Positions 28,280-42,600 of a stretch of DNA of 64,000 bases are shown one piece after another. Numbering within the stretch: position 1 is the first letter of the stretch; each line of letters opens with the position of its first letter. Source of the DNA: Octopus sinensis (lineage: Eukaryota); the NCBI RefSeq assembly GCF_006345805.1, contig NC_043012.1, forward strand, positions 19,964,001 to 20,028,000, given 5' to 3'. A program made the position numbers and the translations under genes. The notes beneath the pieces are model-generated. The model worked only from the letters and a program-made list of their open reading frames with translations, was not told where the DNA came from and made no database searches.

Positions 28280-29760
28280 ATGAAACCAGAAATCTATAGG
28301 CCAATTGCTTGTCTACAGACTTTACATAAGCTTATTCAACCAAAACTTCTACGATTAATGTTAGTAAAAACACGGGTGACTGAATAGTACGCAGGTGAAA
28401 CGAAGAAGAATTAATGATATATCGAGCAAATCTTGATATACTAATCTGTGCTATCCAATGTAAACACCACAGTATGTCCGTTCGTAGGGAAGCGTCAGCT
28501 TTATCCGCGGTCATGACTGCTACAATTTCTGCAGTTGCTAAAGTTACCAGCTACTTTAGATGATGTGATTGAGAGGCTTTTAATGGCCTGAGCATCAGTC
28601 TTCACTCTCAAACATGAGTGTGGAACAATCATTATTGATATTATACGTATTCGAATGGGAATATACCAAGGGTATATTATTTATGCAATTCTGATTATTT
28701 TGGTATTAAACGACTTATCATTTCTGTTACAAAAGTCCACTGTCTGCTTATCAGGGAGAGCAACAGCTACATATTGCAATGTAATCCGTAGTCCCATTGT
28801 AGGTAATCTGATTCTATGCTAATATTGTTGCAAAGCAGAAACACAGTTGGAGTTAGGTGACATATGAATAGGAATTGGTCAAGAGAACTGTTAAAATGGA
28901 AATCTGCCTTCCATATACCGACTTTTGCATCGAATATCCCTTTATCTTCTTGTTGCACACGATGAAAGCTACAGATAGGCTTTGAAAATATATCATGCGT
29001 AGGATAAACTTCGACCAGATTTAGAAATTATGACAATCATAACATTCCCCTTACAACCCGATAATATTCTGCAATGTATTAACAATACTAGTTCTGATAT
29101 CAGCATCTGGACTAGTTGCATTGCCTGTTGATGAAATCCATTTTATTAACATTGAAAACCGAAATATGCAGAGATCAGCAAGATACTTGCACAGAAATAT
29201 TGATAATGACAGTGTTTACCAAATACTGAGGAATGAGTTAGAGGCCCAAGTGCGACAAGATTTCGAATATACAATAGTCTGCCATAGACATCACACGCTG
29301 ACACCAGCAAAAATAAATATATAACCAAGTGAAGGAAAGCGAAGAGAACAGCATGCTACGTGTTGCCAGTGAACTGACATGGAAGTACTCTCTTACCGAC
29401 GAAGTGCCGTACAACTCAATGATAGCTGAACTAATTGACCGGGATGTGAAACGTTCAGCATGCCAAACAAAATGTCATGCACGGGTACGCGTCCTGAAGA
29501 CTTGAAGATGATACTAATATCGAGATGAAATGCAGCCCTTCCGAGACCCGTGAGTGCGACATCATATCACATTTCAAAGCTCATGTGTTGCCAATCCGGC
29601 AGTGATTGCGACAAAAACACTTACAAACAAAAGAGACACTGAAACCCTTTGAATCCCAAGATGCAACCGAGAGGAAGGATTATGTCGAATTTCTGGATGT
29701 AACACGCATGAGATCAGTAGCTGCCCGAAATACATTAAGCTAGTAATTCCCATTGCAACA
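28280..29760 (+). mobile_element. R4/Dong-like (REL-endonuclease class) LINE RT relic
   Basis: PEIYRPIACLQTLHKL, IIRIRMGIYQG, and later AVIATK...ISGC, the region preceding the CCHC zinc knuckle. Confidence 0.7.
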
Positions 29761-29967
29761 AAAGTTTGTCGGTAACATCTGTTGCAAAGACTGCACTTGG
29801 AAGAGTTAACAGAATTCTATTGTCAGTAAATGCATGCATAAATATCAGTAGGGGGATTATTTATGGAACATTTACATCAAAGCCTCTACCACCTGCTAAC
29901 ATGAACGAATGGATAATGTCGTTGGGGACAGAGAGTGGTATATTCAGCAAGTCCTGATGTACTAATA

Positions 29968-30345
29968 TGTGCTATCCAAAATAAGCACTACAGTATGTCA
30001 AGTTCATAGGAAAGCGCTCAGCTTTATCCGCGACCATGTCTGCTACAATTTCTGCAGTTGCTAAGGTTACCACCTACTTTAGATGTGGCATTTGAGAGGT
30101 TTTCAATGACCTTGGCAACAATCTTCACTCTCACAAATGTGTGTGGAACAATCATTATTGATATTATAAGTATTCGAATGGGAATATACCAAGGATATAT
30201 TATTTATGTAATTCTGTTTATTTTGGTATTAAGCACCCTATCATTTCTGTTACAAAAGTCCACTGTATCCATTTCAGGGAGAGCAAATTCTACGTATGCC
30301 AATGTAATCCATAATCCCGTTGTAGGTGATATGATTATATGCTAA
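29968..30345 (+). mobile_element. Second copy of the R4-like RT segment 28445-28820
   Basis: Direct alignment, e.g. gtggaacaatcattattgatattata and tcatttctgttacaaaagtccactgt occur in both. Confidence 0.8.
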
Positions 30346-30399
30346 AATTGTAAGGTGCATTGTATATGTGAATATCATTTCGAAAATCAAGATATAACA

Positions 30400-32450
30400 G
30401 ATTAACTACGTACAACGACTTGGAAAACTTAAGGTTATACATCCAGATTATAAAATGATTTTTCTATAACGATATTAATTGGTGCAGTTGGGTTTGTGAG
30501 TAAATGACAATATGGAAAATGTTGGGTTTACACAAAAAGAAATCAACCGCATAACACGCAAGTTACTGATGCAATATATAACCTGAAAATTAAAATTATG
30601 CATGATTTTTCTCAAGTTCAAAATGTGGTAATATATGTTACTTATGTTCCAATGACAGCGTCGTGTATCTTTGATAGACACCATATTCTTCCATAAAGGA
30701 AGACTGAAATTAGAAATATTTGCAAATATAATGAATGTGTATAGTTATGCAAACAATAGCATGGGCTTACAATCACAAATCTGTTGAGACAGTAGTATTA
30801 CAGCACATCGTTCAACTCTAATATGTATTCAAGAGGCTTCAAGAAACATTCAATAAATGGGCTATAATAGGTGACACCAGGAAACATTATCTAGGATTTT
30901 ACGCTTTACAGTATCAAATATAGTTACATTAAATAGGCCAATCACTTGAATGGTAATTGTTTTTCTGTCTAAATGATATCGACAAAATATTTACTGAACA
31001 AACCGATTACGCAAGCCTCTTCTATTTTAGAAACTCTAATCACTCATCAATGTCTGTATGAAGTAATTTTCTGAAAACTTTTAGCAAAAGAAGCCATTGT
31101 CTTACATCGTACCACTGAATGTTATATGTTTTTTTTTCCAGAGAAGCGACAATTCAGAGATAAAAGTTCAACGAAACAAAATATTTCACCAAAATATTAT
31201 TCCAGAATAAGTGTATTTTTAATCTTTAATTCCCTTAATGTGAATCGCATTACTTTTATTTATTTACTTCGTGGTTCAGTTTCTCATAATTTTGAATTTG
31301 GGAAATCTGCTTTCTCATTAATTATAGCTTATATTACTAACAAAACACACTCCAACGACTGTTATGGTTATCGGCATCAGCGATACTTGCCTTATTTGGA
31401 AAACAAATATTGACAGAAATATTGAAATAGCGTGGAGAGTAGAATATCTAACGAGTCCGAGAGGGTATTTCTTCAGAATAGTATTGAAAGGAAGGGAAAC
31501 CATCAGAGTTTTATATCCCTTACTACAGCAAAACTGTCTAATGGGAAGCTCAGACTAAATCAGCTGAAGACGCGGTCAGGAAGGTAGTTGCGACGGGAAA
31601 CATGGTGATATAACTATAACTTCAGGGATAGAAATATTAATTGAAAATTGTGCAGGTTATTCCTATACTGGTTTATATAAGAGAATCTGCCTAAACTGTA
31701 AAGAGGGCAGCAAAACGTTAAGCTACTGAGAGAAATTTATGCGCAGCAGAAATGTTGATATTTTCGTCCATTCAGCAATTACATTTATAATTCTTTCGAT
31801 GATATAACGAATAAAGCATTTTGTACGTGACTAAATATTATTAGATATATAGCCAAGACTTTACTGTTATGGAGAAACCATTATAAACTAACGCTTTCTT
31901 GATTTGTAATTATTTAATTGAGTCCGTGAAGACGTAAGAGGAAAACAAAACTGCTGAATACAATTCGAAATTTGAAAAAAAAAATGAGACGCATGTGAAG
32001 AGAGATAAATAAATGTACTACAAATACTGGAAGGAAACAGCATCTTCCACAGTTAATCTAATAAACAACATAATATAACTTTTTTTATGCAATTTTACAC
32101 GTAGTGTTCAAACAAAAACTATTAGATATATATTTGAATATATTCGGTAATAACGTTTAAATACATCTGTTACGGTTACAGAGGAATAGCTTTAAGCAAA
32201 TATTTCAGTATATTCGTGATAAAGATATTGAATTATGTACAAACAGCAGATATATATTAACTTGTTTAATTGCTGATCATTCACCATGATATACATAAAC
32301 TTGGTTTGTTTCCAAGCAATTGTAGTATAACATATAAATATATATGATGTAATAGGCAATATACTATTTATTTGGTAGCGTTCCCATTTTACGATTGAAA
32401 TATGGAATATTTGGTATGAAACATGACAGGTGCATTGTCGCATGATAACA
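30400..32450 (-). pseudogene. TLR-like pseudogene, copy D (LRR-NT to TM)
   Basis: CTCHVS...LPITSYIFICYTTI (32320-32435; LRR-NT and first LRR), LPNIFKYISNSF, LRELKIKNTLI (31206-31238), VILLSQQICDCKPMLLFA*LYT (30737-30801; LRR-CT) and YRYRKII (30455-30475). Confidence 0.6.
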
Positions 32451-32793
32451 GTTCAAACAAGTGTAATTAATTAAGTTTCATAATTATTCAAGCCAGATCA
32501 TTATCCATGGGAAATACAGAACAACATATGTATTTACTATTTTCAAGTACATATACAAAGCGTATATAACGTAACAGAATGACGCATAAGCCCCAATACA
32601 AATGTAACAAAATCATAAACACTTGTGTCTGCGTATATTTGCATTTATTCCTCCCAAAATATTGAAACAGTTTTGACTCGCAAAAAACAATGGAAAAAGT
32701 GTTTTGTTTGGAGATGCTTATGATGAAGATAAACGTGATGACCACGTGGGTGTTATGCTGATGAGGATATGTTTGCGACGATGAGGATATGTA

Positions 32794-34054
32794 TTAGGAT
32801 GTCAATAAAGTACTTGCGATTTTTAACCTTTAAATTCAGATGCACATATCTCGTCTCAAACGGAACTTTTTTAATCGAAATAAACACCATCATAATCAAC
32901 ACACATTTGCTAACGCGAAACAAGTTTATTTATGCCAGTAGCGTAAAAATCCTGCTTTCTGGTGGCGATGAAGTCGTTGAAGGCGTGTTTGACATCGTCT
33001 TGGTTTTTGAAGCATTTGTCATGCAGGAAGTTTTCGAGATGCTTAAAAAAGTAGTAGTCGGTAGGCGAGAGGTCGGTGAGTATGGCGGATGAGGCAAAGT
33101 TTCGTCGCCAAATTCGTTCAACTTCTGCAGGGTTAGTTGTGCGTCGTGCGGCCGAGCGTTGTCGCGGAGATGAATTGGTCCTTTTCTATTGACCAATGCT
33201 GGCTGTTGTTGTCGGAGTTTCTTATGCATTTCATCCGTTGGCTGGGAGTACTACTCTGCCGTAATAATTTCGCCTGGATACAAAAATCTGTGATGGATGA
33301 CACCGGCTGCAGACTACCAATCACAATGACATTCTTTTGGTACCACTTTGGTTTCCGGTAGTGCTGTGGAGCTTCGTCGGCATTCGACCACTCAGCTGAG
33401 CGTCGTCGGTTTTCGTAAAGAATCCATATTTCATCTCAAGGCACAATCCTGTCGAGAAATGGGTCGCTCTTCTTGCGTAAAAGAAGAGAAGACGACACTT
33501 CAAAATGGCGTTTCTTTTGGTTGTCGTTCAATTCGTGCGGCACCCATTTCCTATCTCTTTCAAGTGGTTGGAAATTGTCGTGTACGTTACGTTTAATTCA
33601 GAAGCAAGCTCTCGAACAGTTGTCCGCCGATTGCCTTCGACTATGGTTCTTAGTTGATCGTTGTCAACATCCGATGGCCGACAACTACGCTTATCATCTC
33701 AACGACTCTCGTCTCCGCTACAAAATTACTTGAACCACCGTTGTGCTGTACGTTCATTAGTGGTCCCTGGGAAAAACGCATCGTTGATATCGCGAGCTGT
33801 TTCAGCAGCTTTTCGGCCTAGCTTTAACTGGAATAAGAAAATTGTGCGAATTTGCTTTTTTTCCATGTTGTATTCAACATTCCAAAAAAATGACCTAATT
33901 ATTCAAAAGGAAAAAGAGCAACACGATTAGATAGAACGAAAACGGGCTTTAAAATGATATATAAAGTCAAAGTAATTTAACGAAACTTTAATTGAAAATA
34001 CGTCATTTAAAATCAAAATTTAAAAATTCCGTAAGTACTTTCTTGACAACCTAG
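32794..34054 (-). mobile_element. Full-length mariner (Hsmar1/cecropia-like), frameshifted
   Basis: TIRs ttaggatgtcaataaagtacttgcgattttt and aaaaattccgtaagtactttcttgacaacctag. Encodes LVNRKGPIHLRDNARPH...LPHPPYSP. Confidence 0.92.
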
Positions 34055-34399
34055 TTGCAGTCTGAACTATGCACATAGATATATTTAATGTATCTTTTGT
34101 GGTGAATCATTCAACATCTAATGGCTCTTTTTTGTAGTTTGAATACTCTCTTTCTCTCTCTCTCTCTCTTCTGTCTATCTCTTTCTCTCTATCTATTTAT
34201 TTAGCGCGGGAAAATTTACTAGATCCATGGACGAGTTCTCTCAAAAGGTCCTTGTCCTTCATTATCACTGCCAGGTCCTGCGTCTCCCATAGAGCAGTGG
34301 GTGTCCTTATTGCATGGTATTTATTTAAGTGATACTGTGATTTGAGTATGGAGACTTTTCATATTTGGCATAAAGAATTTCCATTAAGTAACTAATGGC

Positions 34400-36050
34400 A
34401 ACGGCTGGCATAAAGGTTTGATATGTCCAATCAATGAATATACTTTAAATTGAATACAAAATCACAGCGGATAGACAGAAAAAGATGATATAAAAAGACA
34501 AGCAATAATCACATTGTTTCCGATGCAGAGTTAATCGTAGTCTTAATTTTGAATGTTTTTTCTAGTTTAAAATGCAATTCTGAACCTTCGCGTGTGTAAG
34601 AGTGTTCCATAACTTTTGTTCGCTTGTCGTTCAATATAATTGTGCACTCGTCAGTTTAGTGAATTTGGCTGTCCCTTTTTACTTCAGATTAATTTGTATG
34701 TGCGGAGAATTTGTTTCATCTTCGGTTTCCTAATATGTAAATTGTAAATAATAGTATGATATGTCATTATTTCTAGAGTTGTGGGTAGAATTATAGAGTA
34801 GTATTTTAAAATGGGGTGTGTTATTTCGTTTGACTCCTTTTAGTATCTGGATATCGAGACTCTTGACACGTTTCATTTCATCATATATTAAAGAAGATGA
34901 ATAATGCCTCTCTGCTTGAATAGTTTGAATTCATGAAGCCGTAGGTCCCGGTCACATTTATCTGACACGTTTGTGCAAATCCAATTCGCTAAATTTAATG
35001 AGATGTTAATTTTAATGTGTTTCGAGTAGTATAAGTTAAATATACTCATTACTTCGAGTAACTGGGTTTATAATAGTCAGATTATTAACTTGGTCGTTGA
35101 CGATTATTTCTTAAAGTATCATGAAATCGATGACTTCCTTTACTGTATTACATTATACATTATGATTGATACTGCTGATTAGTGCTTTAAAGTCGAATAG
35201 TTTATCAATACTTTCATTCCAAATCAATCATAGATATATTATTTTCAATTGTCTCTTGGGTGTTGGTAAAATGAGTATCAGTATTTTTGTAGTGATATTT
35301 GATATAATTAATTCTATCCCCCCCATTACTAGGTACGCAGCACCAGGGGCTACTTTATATCCCGTCGCAATCACGTAAATTCGTTGATAGAAATTAGTGT
35401 CAAATAAGAAATTATTGTTCTGGGGAATACAGTTTTATGCTTCAATTATAAATTCTTTGTTGATGCGCCCTGGTTTCCATTGTGGAAAGTTTTCAAATAA
35501 GAAGGCGATTTCTTCTATTCCATACACATTCATGTGGGATATCAACATACATGTTCGTACCATTAAAGTATATCAAAACTGCCGCTTAATTTATCGTTTG
35601 GGGGAGGCTGTGTAGCATATCTAGATCGTTTCTAATAAAACTTTTGATATGTTTCAGAAGGGATTTCAGTACTATGTTAAGAAAGTGGTCTAAGGAATTG
35701 GATTCTCCCATGACGGTAGAATGGAAGCAATCAAATTCTGGTTGAAAAAACCATCAAGAAGAAACACCAGGACGCATCAAGAAAAGTTCATTGAAGCTTT
35801 AAATACTTTCACAGGCATAGAACAACAGATAACGTTAAGCGAACACATAGACAGATGCGCGGGGAATCTTCAAAAAGACTTCGAAAGTTTTTCCTATATA
35901 CAAATACACTGGAATACCTTCTGTAAAACCCTTAGATAAAGAAACTACATTTATTGAAAAATATCAACAGCGATTCAATATGAACATACAACCAGTATTG
36001 GACGATATAATTACTTTAGTACATAACATATATCTATTTAATCTACATAA
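34400..36050. mobile_element. Penelope-like RT relics in inverted arrangement (minus 34400-35600, plus 35640-36050)
   Basis: Minus: GIEEIAFLFE...KEFIIEA...NNFLFDTNFYQRIYVIATGYKVAPG...LIWNESIDKLFDF. Plus: MEAIKFWLKK...KFIEAL, the same RT region. Confidence 0.75.
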
Positions 36051-37045
36051 AATGAGTTCATCTTCCGACAATATGGTAATTAACTCGCCTGTTTCTAATA
36101 ATAGCCTTCATTGATTACGTCCTCGAAAATATTTGGTTTCCCAATTTATTTACAAATTATCTTTCCTGCTACTAAGAGAGCATAAAAGATCATAACATGA
36201 AATTATAACGTTATCAGCAACTATTTAATCATGATTAGCATAAGTGAAACAAGTCGACAATGCAAATATTTCAATTCATATATATACGTATTCTTCCAAA
36301 AAATTTTGAATGCATGTTGCTTCTTTTACATATGTATATTAATGTATGTATTTTTAGCTATTGATGGACGCAACATTTGTACCGAACATTAATTAGGACA
36401 CAACGTAGATTTTTACGATACCACTGACTGTTTAATCAGAGCTAGAAATCTGTTTTATGGACTTTCGATCTGGCTTTCGCTCTCTTGCTACGTTTTGCCT
36501 ACAATGAGGAGCTTTCGATGCAAACACATAATGCAAAATTGCTACTCGCCAAAAATGATGAAATTCCTTCACTCGATATAACTTATTCTTTATATATATA
36601 TATGATGATTTAAAATTTGCCGCAAGGACAGCAATTTCGGGTAGGGGTTTAAGCCGATTGCAATGACCCAGTGCTTAACTGGTACTTTCTTTATCAAATG
36701 GATGAAACTCAAAGTCAAACTTTCAAATCATTAATTTTCATTGGCAATATTTTCAGTGGCAATAGTCAAAATTATGTATTTGCATTCTATCTGTTTTTCA
36801 TTTTTTAATAATTAATATCTTTCTCTAAATTGATAGCACATTACATACTCAATAGGGCCCATTTAATGCAAACAATCTTTGTTTACGCCCTTGAATAATG
36901 CTTCCTAAAATTTCTTTTCGATAACAACTGAAACAAATATCTAAATAAAGGTGATTGAAATTGATTATGTCCCTGTTTATTGAATAAAATTATGAACATC
37001 GATATTATTGGGTTGGGGCATAATTACTGTGGCTTGTTTTATATT

Positions 37046-37096
<51 letters not shown>

Positions 37097-37100
<4 letters not shown>

Positions 37101-37495
37101 AGGAGTGGCTGTGTGGTAAGTAGCTTGTTTACCAACCACATGGTTCCGGGATCAGTCCCACTGTGTGGCACCTTGGGCAAGTGTCTTCTACTATGGCCTC
37201 GGGCCGACCAAAGCCTTGTGAGTGGATTTGGTAGACGGAAACTGAAAAGAAGCCCGTCGTATATATGTAAATATATGCATGTGTGGGTTTGTGTGTCTGT
37301 GTTTGTCCCACTAACATTGCTTGACAAGCGATGCTGGTGTGTTTATGTCCCCGTTACCTAGCGGTTCGGCAAAACAGACCGATAGAATAAGTACTACGCT
37401 TACAAAAAGAATAAGTCCCGGGGTCGAGTTGCTCGGTTAAAGGCGGTGCTCCAGCATGGCCGCAGTCAAATGACTGAAACAAGTAAAAGAGAAAA
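37097..37495 (+). mobile_element. Full-length tRNA-derived SINE
   Basis: A-box tggctgtgtgg (37106-37116), B-box-like gggatcagtccc, central caccttgggcaagtgtctt and the 3' tail ggcggtgctccagcatggccgcagtc. Confidence 0.9.
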
Positions 37496-37497
37496 GG

Positions 37498-37544
<47 letters not shown>

Positions 37545-37602
37545 TATATAATATGAGGGAATATTATTCCAAACTTATAGGGAAAAATTCAAATTTCACA
37601 AA

Positions 37603-37654
<52 letters not shown>

Positions 37655-37945
37655 ATATATGTTGTTATATTTCGGAATGGTCATATTGCCAGTTTAGCCA
37701 ATAAAAACACACGCACTATATATTTGGTGTTATTTTGCTTCAGTGATATTTATTTTTTACATTAATCTTAATCTTATTTCGGCCAAAGTTCTTTCGTCAC
37801 ACTCCTGTGACCGCATCAGTGGTCCTTTGTTTTCTTCTCACTTATTTGTGTCTCTCCTTACTAACCGTCAGCCATTTTGTATTTCTATTGTATGTCTTCA
37901 TTTGCGCATGCTTATATCTCTATGTGCGTCTTTGTTTATTTATAT

Positions 37946-37981
<36 letters not shown>

Positions 37982-38355
37982 AGAGAGTTTAGAAAAAATC
38001 CACCTATTATCAATTCAATAATGAAAAAGTAAATTATACCATTTAGAAAAATTACATATTATAGAAAGATTAAATATAAGATATAACATATAACAATAAT
38101 TAAGTATATTTTCTAATTTATATATATATACAGCAAGAACTAGTATTACTCTCTTCTTATAGAAACAAAGGGGTATATAGGACTGCAAAAGAAGTGATCG
38201 AATGTAAATGAGACGAAGATAAAGAAGTATTGGTTATAGAACAAACGTTAAATTTGGGTCAATGACTTTACACACGAACACAACACCACTGAGGAGTGGC
38301 GATGTGTGTAAAATCGTTGACCCAGATTTAATGTTTGCTCTATAATCAACGTTTC

Positions 38356-38412
<57 letters not shown>

Positions 38413-38423
38413 ATATATATATA

Positions 38424-38467
<44 letters not shown>

Positions 38468-38470
<3 letters not shown>

Positions 38471-39335
38471 TTCTTTCGTCACACTCCTGTGACCGCATCA
38501 GTGGTCCTTTGTTTTCTTCTCACTTACTTGTGCCTCTCCTTACTAACAGTCAGCCATTTTGTATTTCTATTGTATGTCTTCATTTGCGCATGCTTATATC
38601 TCTATGTGCGTCTATGTTTATTTAGTGTGTGTGTGGGGGGATGCCTGTAATATTTGTATCTCCTGGTTATATACATTCTTGTAATTTGTATTTTGTTTTT
38701 GTTGTTGTTGCTTTTGTTCTAATTTTGTTCATGTGTTTACATCCACCCATTATTATCATTACAATAAACTGGCAATATGACCATTCCGAAATATAACAAT
38801 ATCTGTTTCAACACACTACTTCACATAAAAAATCTTGCATAACAAATATTTAAACGTATATATATATATATATATACATATGCATATATATAATATAAAT
38901 ATATATATAGTGTGTGGGGCGGGGCTGTCCGTGCATGTGTAATTTTATATTTCGGAGGCGCTTATTTTCTTTTCTTAATTTTTTTCTGCCCCAACAAATC
39001 TCGTACTATATATCCATTCATGCGAAGAGAAATTATGCTGAGAAAATCTTTACTAGACAACAAGATATGTAGTGTCTTTCAACATCTTGCTAGCCTGCCC
39101 GACGCTCACGTTGTTAAGAAATACAACAATATGTATTTTAGCACACGATTTCAAAACAGGAATGGGGTCAGCAAATACATAAAATGAAGTATGCTGTTTT
39201 CAAGTACGTTCAGTATGTTTTCTTAGAAAACACACATGGAAAACACATTAGGAAAACACATTGGGAAATGACGTTTGTTTCTGAGAAACGCTATCCCTTT
39301 TAAATCGAAAGGGAAAGCTTCTAGAAAGATCATAA

Positions 39336-39413
<78 letters not shown>

Positions 39414-39431
39414 GCATATATATATATATAA

Positions 39432-39463
<32 letters not shown>

Positions 39464-40406
39464 CTGTATATACATATATATATAATATATATATATATAT
39501 ACATATGCATATATATATATATATTATATATATATATATAAGTTCTTTCGTCACACTCCTGTGACCGCATCAGTGGTCCTTTGTTTTCTTCTCACTTATT
39601 TGTGTCTCTCCTTACTAACCGTCAGCCATTTTGTATTTCTATTGTATGTCTTCATTTGCGCATGCTTATATCTCTATGTGCGTCTATGTTTATTTAGTGT
39701 GTGTGTGGGGGGATGCCTGTAATATTTGTATCTCCTGGTTATATACATTCTTGTAATTTGTATTTTGTTTTTGTTGTTGTTGCTTTTGTTCTAATTTTGT
39801 TCATGTGTTTACATCCACCCATTATTATCATTACAATAAACTGGCAATATGACCATTCCGAAATATAACAATATCTGTTTCAACACACTACTTCACATAA
39901 AAAATCTTGCATAACAAATATTTAAACGTATATATATATATATATACATATGCATATATATATATATAAATATATATATAGTGTGTGGGGCGGGGCTGTC
40001 CGTGCATGTGTAATTTTATATTTCGGAGGCGCTTATTTTCTTTTCTTAATTTTTTTCTGCCCCAACAAATCTCGTACTATATATCCATTCATGCGAAGAG
40101 AAATTATGCTGAGAAAATCTTTACTAGACAACAAGATATGTAGTGTCTTTCAACATCTTGCTAGCCTGCCCGACGCTCACGTTGTTAAGAAATACAACAA
40201 TATGTATTTTAGCACACGATTTCAAAACAGGAATGGGGTCAGCAAATACATAAAATGAAGTATGCTGTTTTCAAGTACGTTCAGTATGTTTTCTTAGAAA
40301 ACACACATGGAAAACACATTAGGAAAACACATTGGGAAATGACGTTTGTTTCTGAGAAACGCTATCCCTTTTAAATCGAAAGGGAAAGCTTCTAGAAAGA
40401 TCATAA

Positions 40407-40412
<6 letters not shown>
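38468..40412. repeat. Near-identical tandem duplication (38468-39342 and 39541-40412), plus a partial third copy at 37787-37945
   Basis: The same sequence and the same ORF (WGGAVRAC...) occur twice. Positions 38980-39340 are also homologous, inverted, to 45700-46050. Confidence 0.95.
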
Positions 40413-40464
<52 letters not shown>

Positions 40465-40473
40465 TATATATAC

Positions 40474-40587
40474 TTTATTTAAAGCAGCAGAAAATTCAAC
40501 AAAATCTGTTACTCTGCGTTTCTCGTGTTGCCGTTCATCAGACAGTTTTTGCTATATTTTATTGAATTTTCTGCTGCTTTAAATAAA
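40474..40587. mobile_element. MITE-like hairpin with TIRs of about 32 bp
   Basis: tttatttaaagcagcagaaaattcaacaaaat and attttattgaattttctgctgctttaaataaa. Confidence 0.75.
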
Positions 40588-40678
40588 GCATATTACTCTA
40601 CTACTGGTATTTGAGTACTCTTTTTTCCATCTTGTTTCACATTTATGTGTTTACTCCGGTATATATATATATATATAT

Positions 40679-40730
<52 letters not shown>

Positions 40731-40749
40731 CTGTATATACATATATATA

Positions 40750-41075
40750 TTGTTGTTGTTGTTGTTGTTTGTTTCATCGTTTAGAAGTAACAGTCGTTTG
40801 TTACTTCTCGAGCCACGCCTGGCTTATAAGTGCCGGTTTCCCGGTTTCCTTGGCGTATAGGTATCCCGCCTAGACGGGACTTCTGAAAGATTCAGGAGGA
40901 AAGAGTTAAGAAATTTGTGGTGAAAGAATCTGCATACGTTCGCCATTACATTCTACCGGAGCCATGTGGACCTTAGGTGTTTCGCTCATAAACACATACA
41001 TCGCCCGGTCTGAGCTTCAAACCCGCTATCCCTCGACCGCGAGTCCGCTGCTCTAATCAGTACGCCATGTGCCTC
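40750..41075 (-). mobile_element. tRNA-derived SINE (second family) with an (AAC)n tail
   Basis: Reverse-complement head tggcgtactgattagagcagcggactcgcggtcgagggatagcgggtttgaagctc is tRNA-like with A and B boxes. Confidence 0.75.
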
Positions 41076-41097
41076 TACTGACATATATATTAATATA

Positions 41098-41172
<75 letters not shown>

Positions 41173-41199
41173 ATATATATAAAACAAGAGATAGATATG

Positions 41200-42600
41200 G
41201 AAAACAGAAAATGTGAAAACTTTATTCTTCACAACGATCGTTTCGACCCGTCCTGCATTGATCTCTTGCATGCGGAACGCCTTACATATGGCAGTGAAGC
41301 ATCAGTTGTTGGTTGTGATGCAACCGTCAGGCTATTTTACAAGAGACATTTCGTGAAATAAATCCTGTTTTGCTCAGTATTAATACGGCATGTTGTTTGT
41401 GACCCCAGTTTTAAACCGTTGGACAGGAATTTTATAGACCCATATGGGAACCATATATCCAGTTTCTCTCTATCAGCCATATCCCCATCGGACCACATCT
41501 CCAGCTTCAAGAAAGCCAACGAGATGTATTCAATATTTTCTGTGGTTACTCGAATCAGATAACAAAATATTTTCTGACTTATTCTATAAGAAGTCATGCA
41601 ACTTCATTCGATGCCCTTACCAGAAGGCACCCTGAACAGAAGCTGCAGTCTATGCATTTTGTTGACCAGAAAACGCCCAGTAATAAATTTCTTGCTATAT
41701 GTGATATCACATGACATGACGCATCTGCACCGAGGAATATACTATAACAAGTTGTACAGTATCCCGCCTGAAGGGTTTGATGGAAGATGGGTCGAAACGA
41801 TCGGTGTGAGGAATAAATTTTCTCGTATACTTTTTCCATCTTTATTATTTGTTATATAATCAACAAAAAGTCATGAATATTTGAAATGAATCCAGCGAAA
41901 ATTGAGTAAAAACTGTTGATGACGTAACGGAACTACAAGCAGTGGACGTGCACAAGCAGTGGAATGCGTTCTAAGAGATGGCGAAAGCTGTATATGCCCC
42001 CTATACTTCAATAAGTTCTGGAATAGGTTAGAGAGGGACACCAACAAAATAAAGAAATATTTGATATGATAACAAGAAATTTCACAGTGTAATGTTTGTT
42101 GACGCCACACTTAAGAACGAATTAAGGTATTTAAGACAATCCTGCGCACAACTGGCCTTAAGATCAGAGCTGTAGAAAAGACAGGTAGGTTTATCAAATC
42201 TGTATTATGTAGGTAATATCCATTTGATAGAATCACGTGTCAAAATAATTGTGCAGTATGTTCTACAAACCCACATGTGAACAGCAAAACCAAGAGCACT
42301 ATATTCCAAATTAAGTGCCAAGAAGGAGCTTGCGCGACTAACACAGAGTCATACATAGGTGAGACTTCTAGGAGTATCAATGATAGGTTCAAAGAACACC
42401 TGGACAGCTACATTGAAAAGAAACGAAACTCCATCTTCTATCAGCATGCTGTAGACTGCCACAAGGGCTCCTTAGGGAGACTTACGTTAAACATCTTATC
42501 CCCACATCCCAAGCTGCAATGCTGAGACAAGTCACTGAAGCTGTCTGTATACAAGTATACAAACACACTCTGAACCAAAAATTTGAAAGGGGTAACATCC
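41200..42600. mobile_element. Penelope-like (Neptune-type) element: GIY-YIG endonuclease on plus, RT piece on minus, inverted terminal repeats
   Basis: 42277-42525 has IFQIKCQEGAC...YIGETSRSINDRFKEH, preceded by the Cys-rich linker ITCQNNCAVCSTNP. Minus 41340-41600 has LAFLKLEMW. gggtcgaaacgatcg.tgtga.gaataaa occurs at 41789-41817 (+) and about 41222-41249 (-). Confidence 0.8.

Noticed and set aside
35130-35950. TIR-like words (ICFRRDF, EIIVL) suggesting another TLR copy
   Set aside because: The region is better explained by Penelope RT motifs on both strands.
36100-36600. Possible extra TLR remnant (LEICFMDFRSG)
   Set aside because: Only one or two weak motifs with no ordered architecture; worth including in an HMM scan but not called.
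37097-37170. tRNA gene
   Set aside because: The A/B boxes belong to a SINE head, with no complete cloverleaf; the same applies at 2050-2122 and about 41000-41075.
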